Source: Hormiphora californensis (lineage: Eukaryota; Animalia; Ctenophora). Taken from it: a DNA stretch of 64,000 nucleotides. Each line of letters begins with the position of its first letter. Position 1 is the first letter of the stretch. This document shows, piece after piece, positions 1 through 20,400 of this stretch. The position numbers were made by a program, and so were the translations under genes. The DNA lies in assembly GCA_020137815.1 (NCBI GenBank), contig CM035361.1, forward strand, positions 3,348,001-3,412,000, written 5' to 3'. The notes beneath the pieces were generated by a model that saw only the letters and a list, made by a program, of their open reading frames with translations, did no database searches and had not been told where the DNA came from.

Positions 1-321
1 CCCCCCCCCCGTAGGTAGGTAACTAGTATTATAGGTTCTGGGTTGATCCAGAAAGGTCCTCAAGCTTTATGGCCACCCAGTGTTATACATCTTCTTCTAG
101 AATAAGAGATGAACCACATCACCGGGTGCTGAGAATGTCAACATAGCGTCGGCCGGGTATCGGGGGTACTGCGGCAATAGTTATTATCAACCTCTGGGCA
201 TCTAACACCCCTCTCTGACTCTGTTTTGTACAGGGCGTTGGTCGCTCGACTACACAGCCCAACTCAAGCTCATTCTCTTTCTTTATACTTTGGCTGGATC
301 TCAAACTAGAGGAGAGAGACC

Positions 322-331
322 CCTCTCTCTC

Positions 332-363
<32 letters not shown>

Positions 364-400
364 TCTCTCTCTTCTCTCTCTTTCTCTATCTCTCTCTCTC

Positions 401-445
<45 letters not shown>

Positions 446-531
446 CTCGATCTCGATCTCTCGATCTCTCGCTCTCTCTCTCGATCTCTCTCTCTCGATC
501 TCTCAACATGATCTTTCTCCCTCGAGAGACT

Positions 532-577
<46 letters not shown>

Positions 578-585
578 GAGAGAGT

Positions 586-617
<32 letters not shown>

Positions 618-618
618 T
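322..618. repeat. Head-to-head (TC)n/(GA)n microsatellites; other long GA/TC tracts at ~2200-2287, 10852-10893, 14073-14311, 31316-31515, 33953-34032, 37088-37363, 58233-58411
   Basis: Direct reading; these explain the RE/SL low-complexity ORFs. Confidence 0.9.
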
Positions 619-2230
619 AGGCAGATGATGATGAAAGCTTTGACTATATTTTCATTTCACAGCCACTGCCCACTGCACTCTCCCAGTTTTGGACAACTCG
701 ATCGAGGAAAGGCCAAAGACTCCACCCAATGGTGTGTTTCTACACTCAAAAAGGAGGAGAATGTGGTGTTAAAGAGAGGGAGGAGAGAGATTCCTATGAA
801 TATACGAATTACAACACATTCTGCGGTCTCACAACCCAGCTCTCACTTGCCTAATTAGTCCTAATCACGTGACTTGAGTGAGACCGCCAGAATTCATCCG
901 GCGCTCAAAAAAACGGTGTTTTCAAAGTTTTTTGAGGTCTGCACCCTAGACGGTTGCCCTAGGAGTTTCAAAAAACCCGGGGAATCGAAAGAATGGACAA
1001 TTTTGAGATACACACTTGACGATTTTTTTCGATTTTCTATCTCAATTTTGAAGTGACAGTCTGGTAAAGAGCTCTACCCTCTCAAAAATGAAGAAAACTG
1101 AAAAATTGAAGTTGTTTACGGTTTTGATCACTGCGAACCTTGTAATCAACCGTTTTTCACGGGGATTTCACTGGGCTGTAGGGTGACGGTCTTGTGAATC
1201 CCACAGTGAAAAAATTTGGAAAAATTCCGTTTATTTGCTCTCTCGGCAAGCTTTTCCGTAAAACCCACTCAAATTTGCTAGTCTTTTGTGCGGAGCACAC
1301 AGCAGATTCTGCGGTCTCACTACCAGCCCCTGATAAAACTAATCGCAAAAATACGATAACGAGGCAACGGAAATGAAAAAAGGAGGCAATGTGTAATGCC
1401 TATAATTGTGCATGCATCGCAAGCCTAAAATCACTAAACTTATGGCTGGAAACCTATTATACACTTGGTGGCATAGACACCGTGTGCGACCAAGATTGAG
1501 CGGGGGTCGCGCCAGGTGTCTATATGTCACCAAATTATACACATGTTGCATAGTACTGCAGGCTACTCCATAAAAACACCAAAACCACATGCTAAATAAT
1601 TGTTATACTGTCTACATATAAACCACCCCCCCTGCTGATATTTCCCGCAGTCTACTGTCATGGTATATCAAATAATTCCCTCCCTCTGTTTTCACACCTT
1701 TCATAATTCCCGGGGTCGTTTTATAATAAATAACCACGGCTAGTAAAGTGACGAAATTTGATAATCCCCTACGGGGATTATCACACGATATTCCCCTCGT
1801 CACTCCGTTCCTCGTGGATATCGTATTGATATACCCACCCTGACAGTGTGGTATATCAGATTTCATCCCTCTATAGCCGGGGTTATCTATATTGCTAATA
1901 CTGCGGGCAACACAAGGAAAAGCCAAGGAGAGCGAAACGAGCGTAGAGCAGAGAACGAAGCGGGGGACGCAAGAGACGAGCGGGCTGACTGAGGTGGGGC
2001 AAAAAGCAATGCATACGGAAGAACGACGGTTGGGCGCGAGAGGCGAGCGGGGCCGCGCGGCGGGCGCGCGGGGGGCGGAGGCCGCGTCGGTAGCGCGCGC
2101 GCGCGCGCGTCTATAGAGGAAGTAGAAGAGGAGAGAGAAGGAGAGAGAGACGAGAGAGCGAGAGAGGATAAATCTATCGCACGATACCTCTCTAGCGATC
2201 TCTTCTCTCTCTCTCTTCTCTATCTCTCAT

Positions 2231-2291
<61 letters not shown>

Positions 2292-3625
2292 CCTGCCTTT
2301 ATTTCACACCAGGAAATAGCAAACCAAGATTGATCAGAATTTATCCACTTCACCGTAATCAGCAGGTAGAGAAAGAAGAGGAGAAGTACGCTTAGTCTCT
2401 CCAGTTTCTCCATTACTCCTTAGTAAAATGATCAGAATCTGGGAAATGACAGTTCTTGGAACATCCAAGAACTGTCAAGAGATGCAGGTAATTGATTTCA
2501 CAGATCTACCACAAATTGTACAAACACGATCTCATAACTCTGATGAGAACAAATCGCAGTTTAATAATCGTCCAATCAGCATAAAACAAGCGCTAAAGCT
2601 AGCCATGCCGTCTCCTACCAACAATCAATCCTTGTTTAACATTCAAAGGTATAAAACTACCAAGATGGTATGATATAAAACTACCAACATCAAAGATCAA
2701 CAAGCCCAATTACAACCCGAGCTGTTATATATAAGTGAGCTGCCCTACACCTACAATATGTTGGTATGAAAACAGGGGCTACCAACAATCGGAGGTGAGG
2801 CTTCCTACCTAGAACATGGTGGTATAATGTGAGGCCCTACTCCCCAACTATACGGTGGTATAAAAAGTACCCAGTAACGACACCAGGAAAGTCATTAATG
2901 AATTCACTGCATCACGTGCGGGGAGTACCCAAAAGCACACGTTACTAACAAGCTGCTGCACCCTCGCAAGTACCAAGTGACAAAATACTTGACATTGTAA
3001 TATTATACATTGTTTAGGAGGGGAAGTAAAAAATGAATACGTATTTTGAACTTTGAAGATCCGGACTTCGGTATAGATGCTAGGAGCAGTTACTCAATTA
3101 GTGCCGGCCGTCGGGTCTATAATACAGGCTGAGTAGGTAACGATCTAATTGCCTATTTAGTTCATCTCCTATCATGGTAGCACAGGCATGGTATATCAGT
3201 TGAAAACGTGTGGCAGACTCCATATCAGAAAAAATAACAGCGGTGATTTCGCGGTCTACACATAATCGATCTGATCTGAACCGCAGAGACTATGGCAATT
3301 ATGTGCCAGTGGCAGAGATGTGGCGGCACACAATAGAAACACATATTGAACAGCAGGAACATGTCAACACAATGAGGGAATGAACAACACATGCTTTATA
3401 GTAGGATTAAAATCGTTTATAGAAGGATTAAGGAATGTTAAGACTGCAAACTCAACAGTAACCTGCATTTCAAAAAACAAGACAGCAAAGTTTCGATGGA
3501 ATTGGTTTTTATATAGGCAGATGTTAAAATTATATACATGCATATATTTTTAAACAGTTGATGGCCGGAATTAAACTAAAAGAATTGCAACTTATAACTA
3601 TATAACGACCTATCAAATAATACCT

Positions 3626-9356
<5,731 letters not shown>

Positions 9357-10340
9357 CTGGACGAGAAATTGGGACAAATTAGGCAAAGAGAGTTGTACCA
9401 TGAATAATGCATAAAAAGTACAGTTTAGAGCACAATTACAATTTTCCAGCCTAATAAACTGAACAATACAGCTGAAGAATAAAATGACAGTGGTTTCATG
9501 AGTTTCATACTGCAGTACGCGTTCAATACAGACTACTACATATTGTAATATATATATGGACTAAAGCTATAGTACTAGAGCCCAGGTCACCTCAATGTAA
9601 TGATATATACATGGCCTATTGCATGGATATTAAAGTCAACATGCGCAATAACATATTAAACACGTGCTTTATATCACAGTAATACCAGACCAGACATTGT
9701 TGTATTACCTTTAGTTACTTTTAGTTACGTAATTAGTGTGAACCAAGAACTGGACTGCATGAACTTTCCTGTGAACTGCATGAACTATTCTGTATGAACT
9801 ACATGAACTATCATGTAAAGTGTGAACTTTCCTGTGAACTACATGAACTATTCTGCATGAACTGAACTGTGAACTAAGAACTATTCTGTGAAGTGTATGA
9901 ACTGACGTATGAAGTGTAAATTCCTTGGCCTGTAACGAACCAGATTAATAAAAGACGTATTAGCAAAAAAATTGTCAATGTTTGGATATATAAATGTATG
10001 TTTTCAAGCAGACACACAGACAACAAGACACGCAGACAACACGAATCTGTTCTGCTAGACCAGTATGCAAGGAACTAGTAGGTTAGAAAAGTGCTTAGTA
10101 CGTAGGATAGAGAATATGGATTTTGATCTTGCCGCTGCCCAACAATTAGAGCTGCAAGCACGTGCAACGAATGGGCCGGGTGATACCTCATACCTCATAC
10201 AATCATGGGGCTAGATACATTATAAACATATCTGCATGTATGGCGTATGCAAAAGCATTTCCGTGCTAAACAGAAGTAGAACAAAAGAACAGAAGGTGAA
10301 GTACGTGGCGAAGTACGTGCTCTATAATCATAATAGAGGA

Positions 10341-10848
10341 CCTCTATTACAATACTGCCGTTAACCTGTAAAAGGACGTAACTACACTTGTATTTCTAAT
10401 GTATAAGGTCACGTGACTGCACTCTGCAGTTAGGTCCTTCTACATGAAATCCAACACACCTTCGTGATTTTCTTGTAAAGGGACGTAACTGCAAGGTCAC
10501 GTGATTGCTGTAGTCACGTGACATTTCAGCAGTTAGGTCTTTCTACATGAAATCCAACACACCTCGAGATTTTCATGTAAAGGGACGTAACTGCAAGGTC
10601 ACGTGACCGCAGTTAGGCCCTTTTACAAGAAAACCAGCATACCTTTCTGATTTTCGTGTAAAGGGACGTAACTGTACACTCGATCCAATTAAATCCATAA
10701 CACGAGGCTGTTATATTTCACATTGAGTACCTTCACGGTTCACCTTGTAAGAAAATGCCAAAGAATTTCTCGGGGAAAGACAGCTTAGGACAGGTAAATG
10801 ATAGCGAGGAACAGCTAGCTTAAATGAGTGGTATGATTGCTTCATGTC

Positions 10849-10850
<2 letters not shown>
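10341..10850 (+). repeat. Left copy of a ~500-bp inverted repeat (internally sub-repetitive)
   Basis: Reverse complement of ~14330-14837. Internal units gggacgtaactgcaaggtcacgtga...gcagttagg. Confidence 0.9.
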
Positions 10851-10896
<46 letters not shown>

Positions 10897-10931
10897 TTGC
10901 CGTTGCTGCGAGTTGATTTTTATCGCTCTGA

Positions 10932-11843
10932 TTGTTATCTCTGTTTGCAACTGACCCACCGTTTGAGGATCACCGTTATTTCATGATGACGTTGCACAAC
11001 GTCCCTGAAAAGGTTACCCACTTTATAAACCGTCTCATTACCCAGAGGCCCCCTACTGCATCGCCATCTAACAAGTATTCTTCGGATGAGATAGGAAGAG
11101 GATTGCATGTTGCTGATATCACTCCTGAGATGTTAAGTGGTAGGAAGTATTCGAAGAAAGGCTTAGCATTGTGTTTGTCGGAGGCATGCAAGTTACTAGT
11201 TGATCTTTCAGTCCCCAAGGGGAGTACTACCCCTAGTTCAAGTACTACTCCGAGTAGGAGTCATCCACCTGAGGAATGGTGGCATTGTAAAGATGATGAT
11301 AAGATCATTCTACATGAGGAACTAGCTGAGGCCCACCGAAAGGTGATTGATCTTCAGGATCAAGTCATCAAGTTGAAGGACGAGATTAGAAACGTGGAGA
11401 CCGCTGCAGTTACCAAGACTGTTCAACGTGATCTGAAGAGCTACTCAGCTATGCTCAGTCAGAACTGTGCAGCAGCTCTTGCTCCTATTAGGATCCAGCG
11501 GGCTGTCATCAAGGCATCTGTCCCGAAACCTGAGGAGGAGGACCGAAACAGTAATCTGATAGTATTTGGACTGCCGGAGGAACCTGCTGGAGTGACGGTT
11601 GACACCACTGTCGCGTCTTTGTTGGAGGAACTGGACGAGAAGCCCCCGATGAACAATTGTATGAGGTTGGGTACTCTAGCTGAGGGCAAGGTGAGGCCAG
11701 TGAAAGTGTCTTTAGAGTCTAGAGACAGTCTCCTTGTTTTATTGAGAAAGGCAAGTGTGCTGAGAAACAGTGAGAACTATAGAGAGTGTATCTTGAGCCT
11801 GAATCGTAGTTATGAGGAGAGAGTTGAGAGGAGAAGAGCGTGA
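10932..11843 (+). mobile_element. LINE ORF1-like protein (coiled coil + RRM/CTD) with no ORF2; element ~10894-12082
   Basis: Coiled coil LAEAHRKVIDLQDQVIKLKDEI, then EEDRNSNLIVFGLPEE, RLG...RPVKVSL and LNRSYEER, typical of CR1/L2-type ORF1. (TC)n flanks both sides and there is a caatccaaatccaa tail. Confidence 0.75.
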
Positions 11844-12079
11844 AGACTCTGAATGAGCTGAGACAGGCGCATCCCGAGAGAAGTATGTTTTAAGGAAAGG
11901 TGTAATTGAAAGCATCTGAACTCATTAATTTGCCCCACAAGCTTGTGGAGATCCTTTTCCGTTTTAAATGTTTTCACTGACTTGATTTGATCTCTTCGCA
12001 CGGGGCGGGACCCAGTGTGTTTGTCATTTATTTGATTTACATTGCTGTTCGTCCACCATCAAATTTTTCAATCCAAATC

Positions 12080-12125
<46 letters not shown>

Positions 12126-12431
12126 GAGAGACAGAGACAGAGCTGAGACAGGACAGAGACAGAGACATGAGAGATGGAGATAGCTCAGAGAGAGGAAAAC
12201 AGAGCAGGAAGAGGAAAAGAGAGAGGAGAGAGAGAGAGAGAAGAGAGAAGTTGAAGAGGACGAGAGAGGAGAAAGCAATCCACCCGACGGCTATGGTGGA
12301 TAGACGAGACAGAGAACGGGGAGACAGAGATGAGCGAGACGAGAGAAGAGAGAGAAAAGATGCCCCTCTCACATGTCCCATATAACGGCCAGTTCCCAGC
12401 CGATGAGAGAAAAAAAGAGAATTAAAATATT

Positions 12432-13423
12432 TGGGAGGAGCGCACAGAGTATGGAGTGATCATGTCCATAAGTGGGAAGAGTGTGAAAGAGAGAGACGTT
12501 CAAGAGATCACTGAAAGCTGGACAAAAACTGAAATACAGAGACAGAGCAAAAACCACTGTAACCAAATTGATACTCGAATCACGAGCACAAACTTTGAGA
12601 GGTCGACAGTCTCCTAAATTGGGCATAAATTGGTAATGCCCTATTCACTTTCACTGGAAATTAGGCATCTTTGCCACTAATTTGGATACGCTGATCACAT
12701 GCAACTTTCCAAGTGCCCAAGATTCGGATAAGCCCTAGCAGAGCATTAAGTCAATTGATCCATTTTCTATTAGACACTTTCCCGACCCGTAAAATTTGTC
12801 CGAATCTTAATTCTCATATCAAGCGTAAATACCACTGTACCCAACTAATTTTTATCTGAACACGTAAATAGTTTCAAATCCTTTGAGGCGGGGGAAAATG
12901 TCCTAATTGGGCATAAAATTGGGTTAATTTACCTAATTCAACTTGAAACCCCGGGGGAAGCCGGGGAGGGGACTTTTTCGACTAATTTTGATACGCTGAA
13001 TCACATAAGCAACTTTTCCAAGTCCCCAGAGGTCGGGAAATGCCCTAATTGAGCAATTAAGGTCAATTAGATCCAATTATACTCAATTAGGACACTTTCC
13101 CGACCTCTGGGGTCGTGGAAAAGTTGTTTATGTGATTCAGCGTATCATAATTAGTCGGAAAAGTGCCCTCAGATAAGCGTCTATTATTTCCAGGTGACAA
13201 GTTTTAAGTGGGGTCAATTAGACCCAATTATGCCCAATTAGAACACTTTCCTGACCTCTGACGGATTTGAAAACTAGCTTACGTGATTCAGAGTATCAAA
13301 ATTAGTCGGGTACAGTGGTTTTTGCTGATATGAATAAGTTTCAGTTTTTACTGTCCAAGCTTGACTTGATCAAAATCTTGTCCACGCATGGACATGATCA
13401 CGCATGAACAGTCTGTGCGCGCC
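12432..13423. mobile_element. Palindromic (foldback) non-autonomous DNA element; related fragment at ~63290-63432
   Basis: gcgcacagag...gtgatcatgtccat versus atggacatgatcac...ctgtgcgc. Internal inverted sub-units (gatacgctgaatcac, acactttcccgacc). Confidence 0.7.
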
Positions 13424-14113
13424 CTTAGGTACCACCTTACCTCTCAAAGCTGCACCCCTGTTGGATTACAAGCTAGCTGGCTTCAATTTTTCCATTGAGT
13501 CGGTATAGAAATACCTCAATACGTCTAATTGAGTCGGATTGTGTGAATGTAGGGAGGGCCCAATATGTAAAAAAAGAGAGCGAAGCGATTGTGATTGGGT
13601 TGCTCTATCTGTAATCTGGATATACTTCGATGTCACATATGTAATATGTAATATGTACAATGTAGTGATTTTGAGTTAGACGTGGGGGCGAACCTGGACA
13701 AAAGTGGTCGCCCCACCCCTATTCCTACACCCCTGGCGCCAAGTAGGGTACACTTTTGAGAGAAGTGGCACCCAAGAGACTAGAGAGAGAAAGACAGGGA
13801 GAGGGAGTATGGGGAGGTGGGAAATTGAAGTACCTACAATAATAATACCAGTTTCAACTGGATGGCAAACTTCACCTCACATAGGTACATATAGCCGCTC
13901 ATACACACACATCACATCACCCAGGACGGGGAACGGGAGCTCCATTGCACCCACCCCTTACTGGCTCATAGAAGAAGAAGATAATACCGGGGTTACTGAG
14001 AACTTAGCATTGGAAATATTGTCACCATTGGTTTCGTACACATTTATCAAATATCAATACAATACATTTTTGTGAGAGAGAGAGGGAAAGGGAGAGAGAA
14101 AGAGAGAAGGGAG

Positions 14114-14150
<37 letters not shown>

Positions 14151-14329
14151 TGAGAGAGATGAGACGAGAGATGAGCGAGGAGAGAGAGAGGAGGGAGAGA
14201 GAGAGGAGAGAGAGAGAGATCGGGAGAGAGAGAGAGAGAGATGAGAGAGAGAGGAGAGGGAGAGAGATGAGAGAGAGAGGAGAGAGAGAGAGAGAGAGAG
14301 AGAAGAGAGAGATGAAGCGACCATATCAT

Positions 14330-14837
14330 ATGAGTGATATGGTCACTTCATCTCTCTCTTCGTCATTAAAGCTAGCTGTTCCTCGCTTACAAGTCCTGAG
14401 CTGTCTTTCCCCGAGCAACTCTTTGGCATTTTCTTACAAGGTGAACCGTGAAGGTACTCAATGTGAAATATAACAGCCTCGTGTTATGGATTTAATTGGA
14501 TCGAGTGTACAGTTACGTCCCTTTACACGAAAATCAGAAAGGTGTGCTGGTTTTCTTGTAAAAGGGCCTAACTGCAGTCACGTGACCTTGCAGTTACGTC
14601 CCTTTACATGAAAATCTCGAGGTGTGTTGGATTTCATGTAGAAGAACCTAACTGCTGAAATGTCACGTGACTACAGCAATCACGTGACCTTGCAGTTACG
14701 TCCCTTTACATGAAAATCACGAAGGTGTGTTGGATTTCATGTAGAAAGACCTAACTGCAGACTACAGTCACGTGACCTTATACATTAGAAATACAAGTGT
14801 AGTTACGTCCTTTTACAGGTTAACGGCAGAATAGAGG
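14330..14837 (-). repeat. Right copy of the ~500-bp inverted repeat
   Basis: Near-identical reverse complement of 10341-10850. Both yield the spurious peptide LAFSYKVNREGTQCEI. Confidence 0.9.
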
Positions 14838-17410
14838 TGGAGTGCAGGGCGTTGTCTAGTTGTGTTACAAAACAGCTGGAACAAAAAGAAACCTCAGTGA
14901 TGCAGATCTCGTAATGCTCTGCTCCTGATATTTATCTAATAAAAGTTAAACAAAGGTGGTTTGTTGGTACATATATAATACAACAATTGTTTCATATATG
15001 TCATATATCCCACTATCCCATGAGAAGACAGCAATCATAAGAAGATAAAGTATAAGATATCACTATTATCTTTCGTTAACACTCGTGTTTTAATTTGCTA
15101 AAGTATAAGATATGTATCTCAGTTGTTCACACTCATGAGAGTATGAATGAGTATGAATAATTAAACTACATATATAAAGGGTTCGGCAGGCTTCATTTAT
15201 TTTGGTTGGCACTAAAAATATGGATAAAATTATATGTCTTTTGAAAATGCCGGATCTTTAGATAGTTTGACAGTGCAAAATGGACCGAGATTTCTCCTAA
15301 TTACGAATGACATGATCCGATCCTCGTTTCTACTTAAATAATAAATCCATTTCGAGAACTGTCTATATCATCTTATACTCGGCCTTAAAGGCAATTATAA
15401 ATGCCTTGGGAAATGGACAGACAGATATATTCGAATATTATATACTTCTTCAGAGTATTTTCTTAAGAGTTCGTTGATCGTTCTGCTATTTGCAGAACTA
15501 ATGGCGGGATATATTACAACGAAATAATACAGCTGGGATATATTACTCCAGTTACTAAACTCCTACAACTTCTACTATAGAGCCTGCCTATATCAGGAAA
15601 GATGAAGAATTGACAATTCTGAATTGTAATCGAGGGTTGGATTTATGACATGGATCAGGCTCCATTTATTGAAGAGGCAAGTTGATACCCTTCAGGACCA
15701 TACACTCCGTTAACACTAATTATTGGAATACTGCAAAAATAATAATGCCCAATATATAACGATCTCTCTTAAACTACACGGCTACTATAAGAACTGCAAT
15801 AGGTTGACAGACATGCTATAACAGATATATGATATGGAATAAAGACCTAGGAAGGATCAGGAGAGAGAATGTTTCTCTCTATGAGGGTTGTTACTCAACA
15901 ATATGAAGGCGTAGCTTATATAGGACTGAAGAGCTTGGGATAAAAAGAAAGATAGGATATGTAGTCCAAAATGCAGACTGATGCATTAATGTTATATTTG
16001 GTGGAGAAGCATTTTTAGGGCGTTTCAAAAAATCTTTTTTTCGCCTTCTTCCCGTCAAAGGCAGAATCTATTTCATCACCTTTTTACAAGTATGTCTATT
16101 TCGCTCAGGCTCCTTTGCCTTTTTTAAGCTGATAAATAATCGTGAATCGTCCTAGAACAGGATTGTGAAGACTGATATTTACTGAATTATTTTTGTTGTG
16201 GGGCACGAAAGAGAGGGGGACGGTCATGCGACTACAGTGTGCTCAGATCGGGCCGGCGCAGTTAGGTTATCCTTTTTCGAGAAAAAATGTGGTCTTATAA
16301 ACACTTTCTACACCTCAAAGAACACAGCTATTATTGAAATCGATCTCCCCCGCGGTAGGCTTGTGTGTCGCTACTTAAAAACTCGTTATAACACTTATAT
16401 GTATAACAGTTTAACAATACAGAAAGAGAGAGAGAGAGATAGAGGGAGAGATAGGATAGTTATATTTAAGCAGTCTCAATGTTTAGGCTTAGCTTAGGCT
16501 CATGTTTAGGCTCCAACTGCTGCATCTTACTAATAACTGTTACAATTCGCAGAAAGAGAGAGAGAGAGAGAAAGCGAGAGAGATAGTTAGGTTTTAGCAT
16601 ACTGATCCCGTTTAGGCTAAAACTGCTAATTACTGTCACATGACACAGAGAGAAAGAAGAAAAGCCTAATTTCAAGTCACGTTACATAGTTTTGCTTTTT
16701 GGCCAGGCATATTACCGCACAGCTGAGTCATTTGCCTACTTCTGTGTTAATGCAGGTTGGTTGGTGATACTAAGCAGACATTCTACCAAGCTCTTTGAGT
16801 GGTGTAAGACGCTCAAACTGCTTTTGCAATGCATGGGTTATTTAGGCTACTAAACTCCTAGTAGTGACTGGACAGTCTTTTGGTATTAGGCTGCAACATT
16901 GTAAGTACATAAATTACAAAAGGTTTGCATATGTATCCTTCTACTTTTACTCTATCTCCATCTCGCTCTCTCAGACCCTCTCCTTTCCCATTTTCTCTCT
17001 CCTGATCATTTCCCTCATTTCCCCCTGACCTGTGTTTGTAAACACGTACTGCACGTGCAGCTGCTGTTATAGATGGCCCATAACACAGAACACTGCTTTT
17101 CAGAATAAAAGGCTAGAGGAGGTTAGCAGCAGATGAAGATTGGAAAATGAAGAGAGCTACCACGTTATAGAGCTACAAAGACAGATTAAAATTGAAATAT
17201 ATACGTAGTGTAGGGACAACCAGTGTATTAGTATAAAAGCTGTATAAAAGACTGGACTGCAATCTGATCAAAAGGATGATTTACAGTTTACATGTAGATT
17301 ATTACATGTGTAATCACACTGATCAAGTCCCCTTCTTCACAAAGCAGCAACAGAAGAAGAAGTAGAAGGTCCTTCAGCAGCAGCTGCAGAAATCAATACA
17401 ACTGTTATTA

Positions 17411-20400
17411 CCGCGTGGGCCAATAAAAAGGGAGGGTCTTAAATCTTAGATTTCTCCGGCACCTTAATTCCAATGGTTCTGAAATTTTGACACAATGTTG
17501 TTGAGCTTATGCCAAATATTTGTACAGAGTTTCAAGTCCAAAGATGCAGAAATTCATTAATGAACCTAAATTCCTGTTTTTTCAGTTAATTGAAGGTTTT
17601 CCCTTGTTCCAAGTCGATTTGGATCGCTAAATTGCAGCCAGTCAATAGTGTTAACATTTATCAATGGCAATATGAAATTTCATTGAAAATGAATAAAGTT
17701 TAGTGGGTGAAATTAATGAATTAAAAATGATCATTTTTTCAAAAAATATATTTTCGCTGAAAATGAGAGATTTGAACTGTAGATATGAAATTAAAACCTA
17801 ACTGGGATATGATTTAATCATTTAAGTTCATTCTGGTATGAAAAACTGTTAAATTTAAAAAATTATTCTTTTTAAATTTTCGATTTTTCTCCAATTTTTC
17901 GTTAATAACTGCATAAATTTACATTTAACCGATAGTTCATTGACAAACCGTTAGTTGAGACATTAGTAAATCGGGTAATATACCAATTCTTGGTGTTCGA
18001 AGGAAATAGCGCTAATTAGCGGTTTTAATAGCGCTAATTAGCGCTAATTAGCGCTAATTAGCGATAGCGCTATTTATCGATAGCGCTAATAGCGCTAATA
18101 ATAGCGCTATTTCACAAAATAGCGCTATTTTTGACCGCTAATTAGCGCTAATTAGCGATCAAAAATAGCGGTAATTAGCGGTAGCGCTATTTTAGCGCTT
18201 TTTGTAACCGCTAATCGGGCAATTTTTCTAAAAAAATAGCGCTATTAACACTTACAAAAATAGCGCTAATCAGCGCTAATTAGCGCTAATTAGCGCTATT
18301 AACATTCTCAATTAATTTTGTTCGAACCGCTAATTAGCGCTATTTCCAATTTCATCAAAATATAGAAAACGCTATGATTGGATAATGTATGTCACGTGAC
18401 AAAAATCCTGTCATGTGACGAAAAATAGCGCTAATTAGCGCTATTTTTATAATCGCTAATTAGCGCTAATTAGCGCTAATTAGCGCTATTATCAACCTAA
18501 ACATTTATTATTTTGTTAATAGCGCTAGTTAGCACTAATTAGCGCTATTAATATTTTGCAAATAGCGCTAGTTAGCGCTAATAAGCGCTAATAAGCGCTA
18601 ACTAGCGCTATTTGCATATTATTAATAGCGCTAATTAGCGCTTATTAGCGCTAATACCAACTTAAACATTTCCTATTTTATTAATAGCGCTAATTAGCGC
18701 TAATTAGCGCTATTAATATTTTGCAAATAGCGCTAATAGCGCTAATTAGCGCCAATTAGCGCTAATTAGCGCTATTTGCAAATATTAATAGCGCTAAATA
18801 GCGCTAATTAGCGCTATTATTAACTTAAACATTGATTATTTTATTAATAGCGCTTATAAGCACTAATTAGCGCTATTAATATTTTGCAAATAGCGCTAAT
18901 TAGCGCTAATAAGCGCTAATTAGCGCTAATAAGCGCTAATAAGCGCTAATTAGCGCTAATTAGCGCAATTTGCATATTATAAATAGCGCTAATTAGCGCT
19001 ATTTAGCGATATTATCAACTTAAACATTTACTATTTTATTAATAGCGCTAATTAGCGCTAGTTAGCGCTATTAATATTTTGCAAATAGCGCTTATTAGCG
19101 CTAATAAGCGATAATAAGCGCAAATTAGCGCTATTTGGAATATATTAATAGCGCTAATTAGCGCTAATTAGCGCTATTATCAACTTAAACGTTTATAATT
19201 TTATTAATAGCGCTAATAAGCGCTTATTAGCGCTATTAATATTTTTCAAATAGCGCTAGTTAGCGCTTATTAGCGCTAAGTAGCGCTACTTACAAAACAT
19301 TAAAAGCGCTAATTAGCGCTAATTAGCGCTATTATCAACTTAAATGTTGACTATTTTATTAATAGCGCTAATAAGCGCTTATTAGCGCTATTAATATTTT
19401 GCTAATAAGTGCTAATTAGCGCTATTTGCAAATTATAAATAGCGCTAATTAGCGCTAATTAGCGCTATTAGTAAAATAATCAACGTTTAAGTTGATAAAA
19501 GCGCTAATTAGCGCTAATTAGCGCTATTATAATTTTGCAAATAGCGCTTATTAGCGCTAATAAGCGCTAATTAGCGCTAATTAGCGCTATTTGGAATTTA
19601 TTAATAGCGCTAATTAGCGCTAATTAGCGTTATTATCAACTTAAACGTTGATTATTTTATTAATAGCGCTAATAAGCGCTAATTAGCGCTATTAATATTT
19701 TGCAAATAGCGCTAATAAGCGCTAATTAGCGCCAATTAGCGCTAATTAGCGCTATTTGCAAATTATTAATAGCGCTAATTAGCGCTTATTAGCGCTATTA
19801 TTAACTTTAACATTTACTATTTTATTAATAGCGCTAATTAGCGCTAATTAGCGCTATTAATATCTTGCAAATAGCGCTTATTAGCGCTAATAAGCGCTAT
19901 TTAGCGCTAATTAGCGCTATTTGGAATATATTAATAGCGCTAATTAGCGCTAATTAGCGCTATTATCAACTTAAAAGTTTATTATTTTATTAATAGCGCT
20001 AATAAGCGCTAATTAGCGCTATTAATATTTTGCAAATAGCGCTATAGCTAATAGCGCCAATTAGCGCTAATTAGGGCTATTTGCAAATTATTAATAGCGC
20101 TAATTAGCGCTAATTAGCGCTATTATTAACTTTAACATTTACTATTTTATTAATAGCGCTAATTAGCGCTAATTAGCGCTATTAATATTTTGCAAATAGC
20201 GCTTATTAGCGCTAATAAGCGCTATTTAGCGCTAATTAGCGCTATTTGGAATATATTAATAGCGCTAATTAGCGCTAGTTAGCGCTATTATCAACTTAAA
20301 AGTTTATTATTTTATTAATAGCGCTAATAAGCGCTAATTAGCGCTATTAATATTTTGCAAATAGCGCTTATTAGCGCTAATAAGCGCTATTTAGCGCTAA

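Noticed and set aside
119-304. Possible minus-strand exon at the window start
   Set aside because: Splice-like ends exist, but there is no partner exon or homology to support it.
290-858. ORFs rich in RE/SL (also 2192, 11987-12385, 14022-14473, 33927, 36984-37460, 58175-58471) and CV/HT (5043-5391)
   Set aside because: Translations of GA/TC and CA/TG microsatellites.
15170-16100. Decayed coding-like AT-rich stretch
   Set aside because: No ORF of 60 aa or more and no motif I can recognise.
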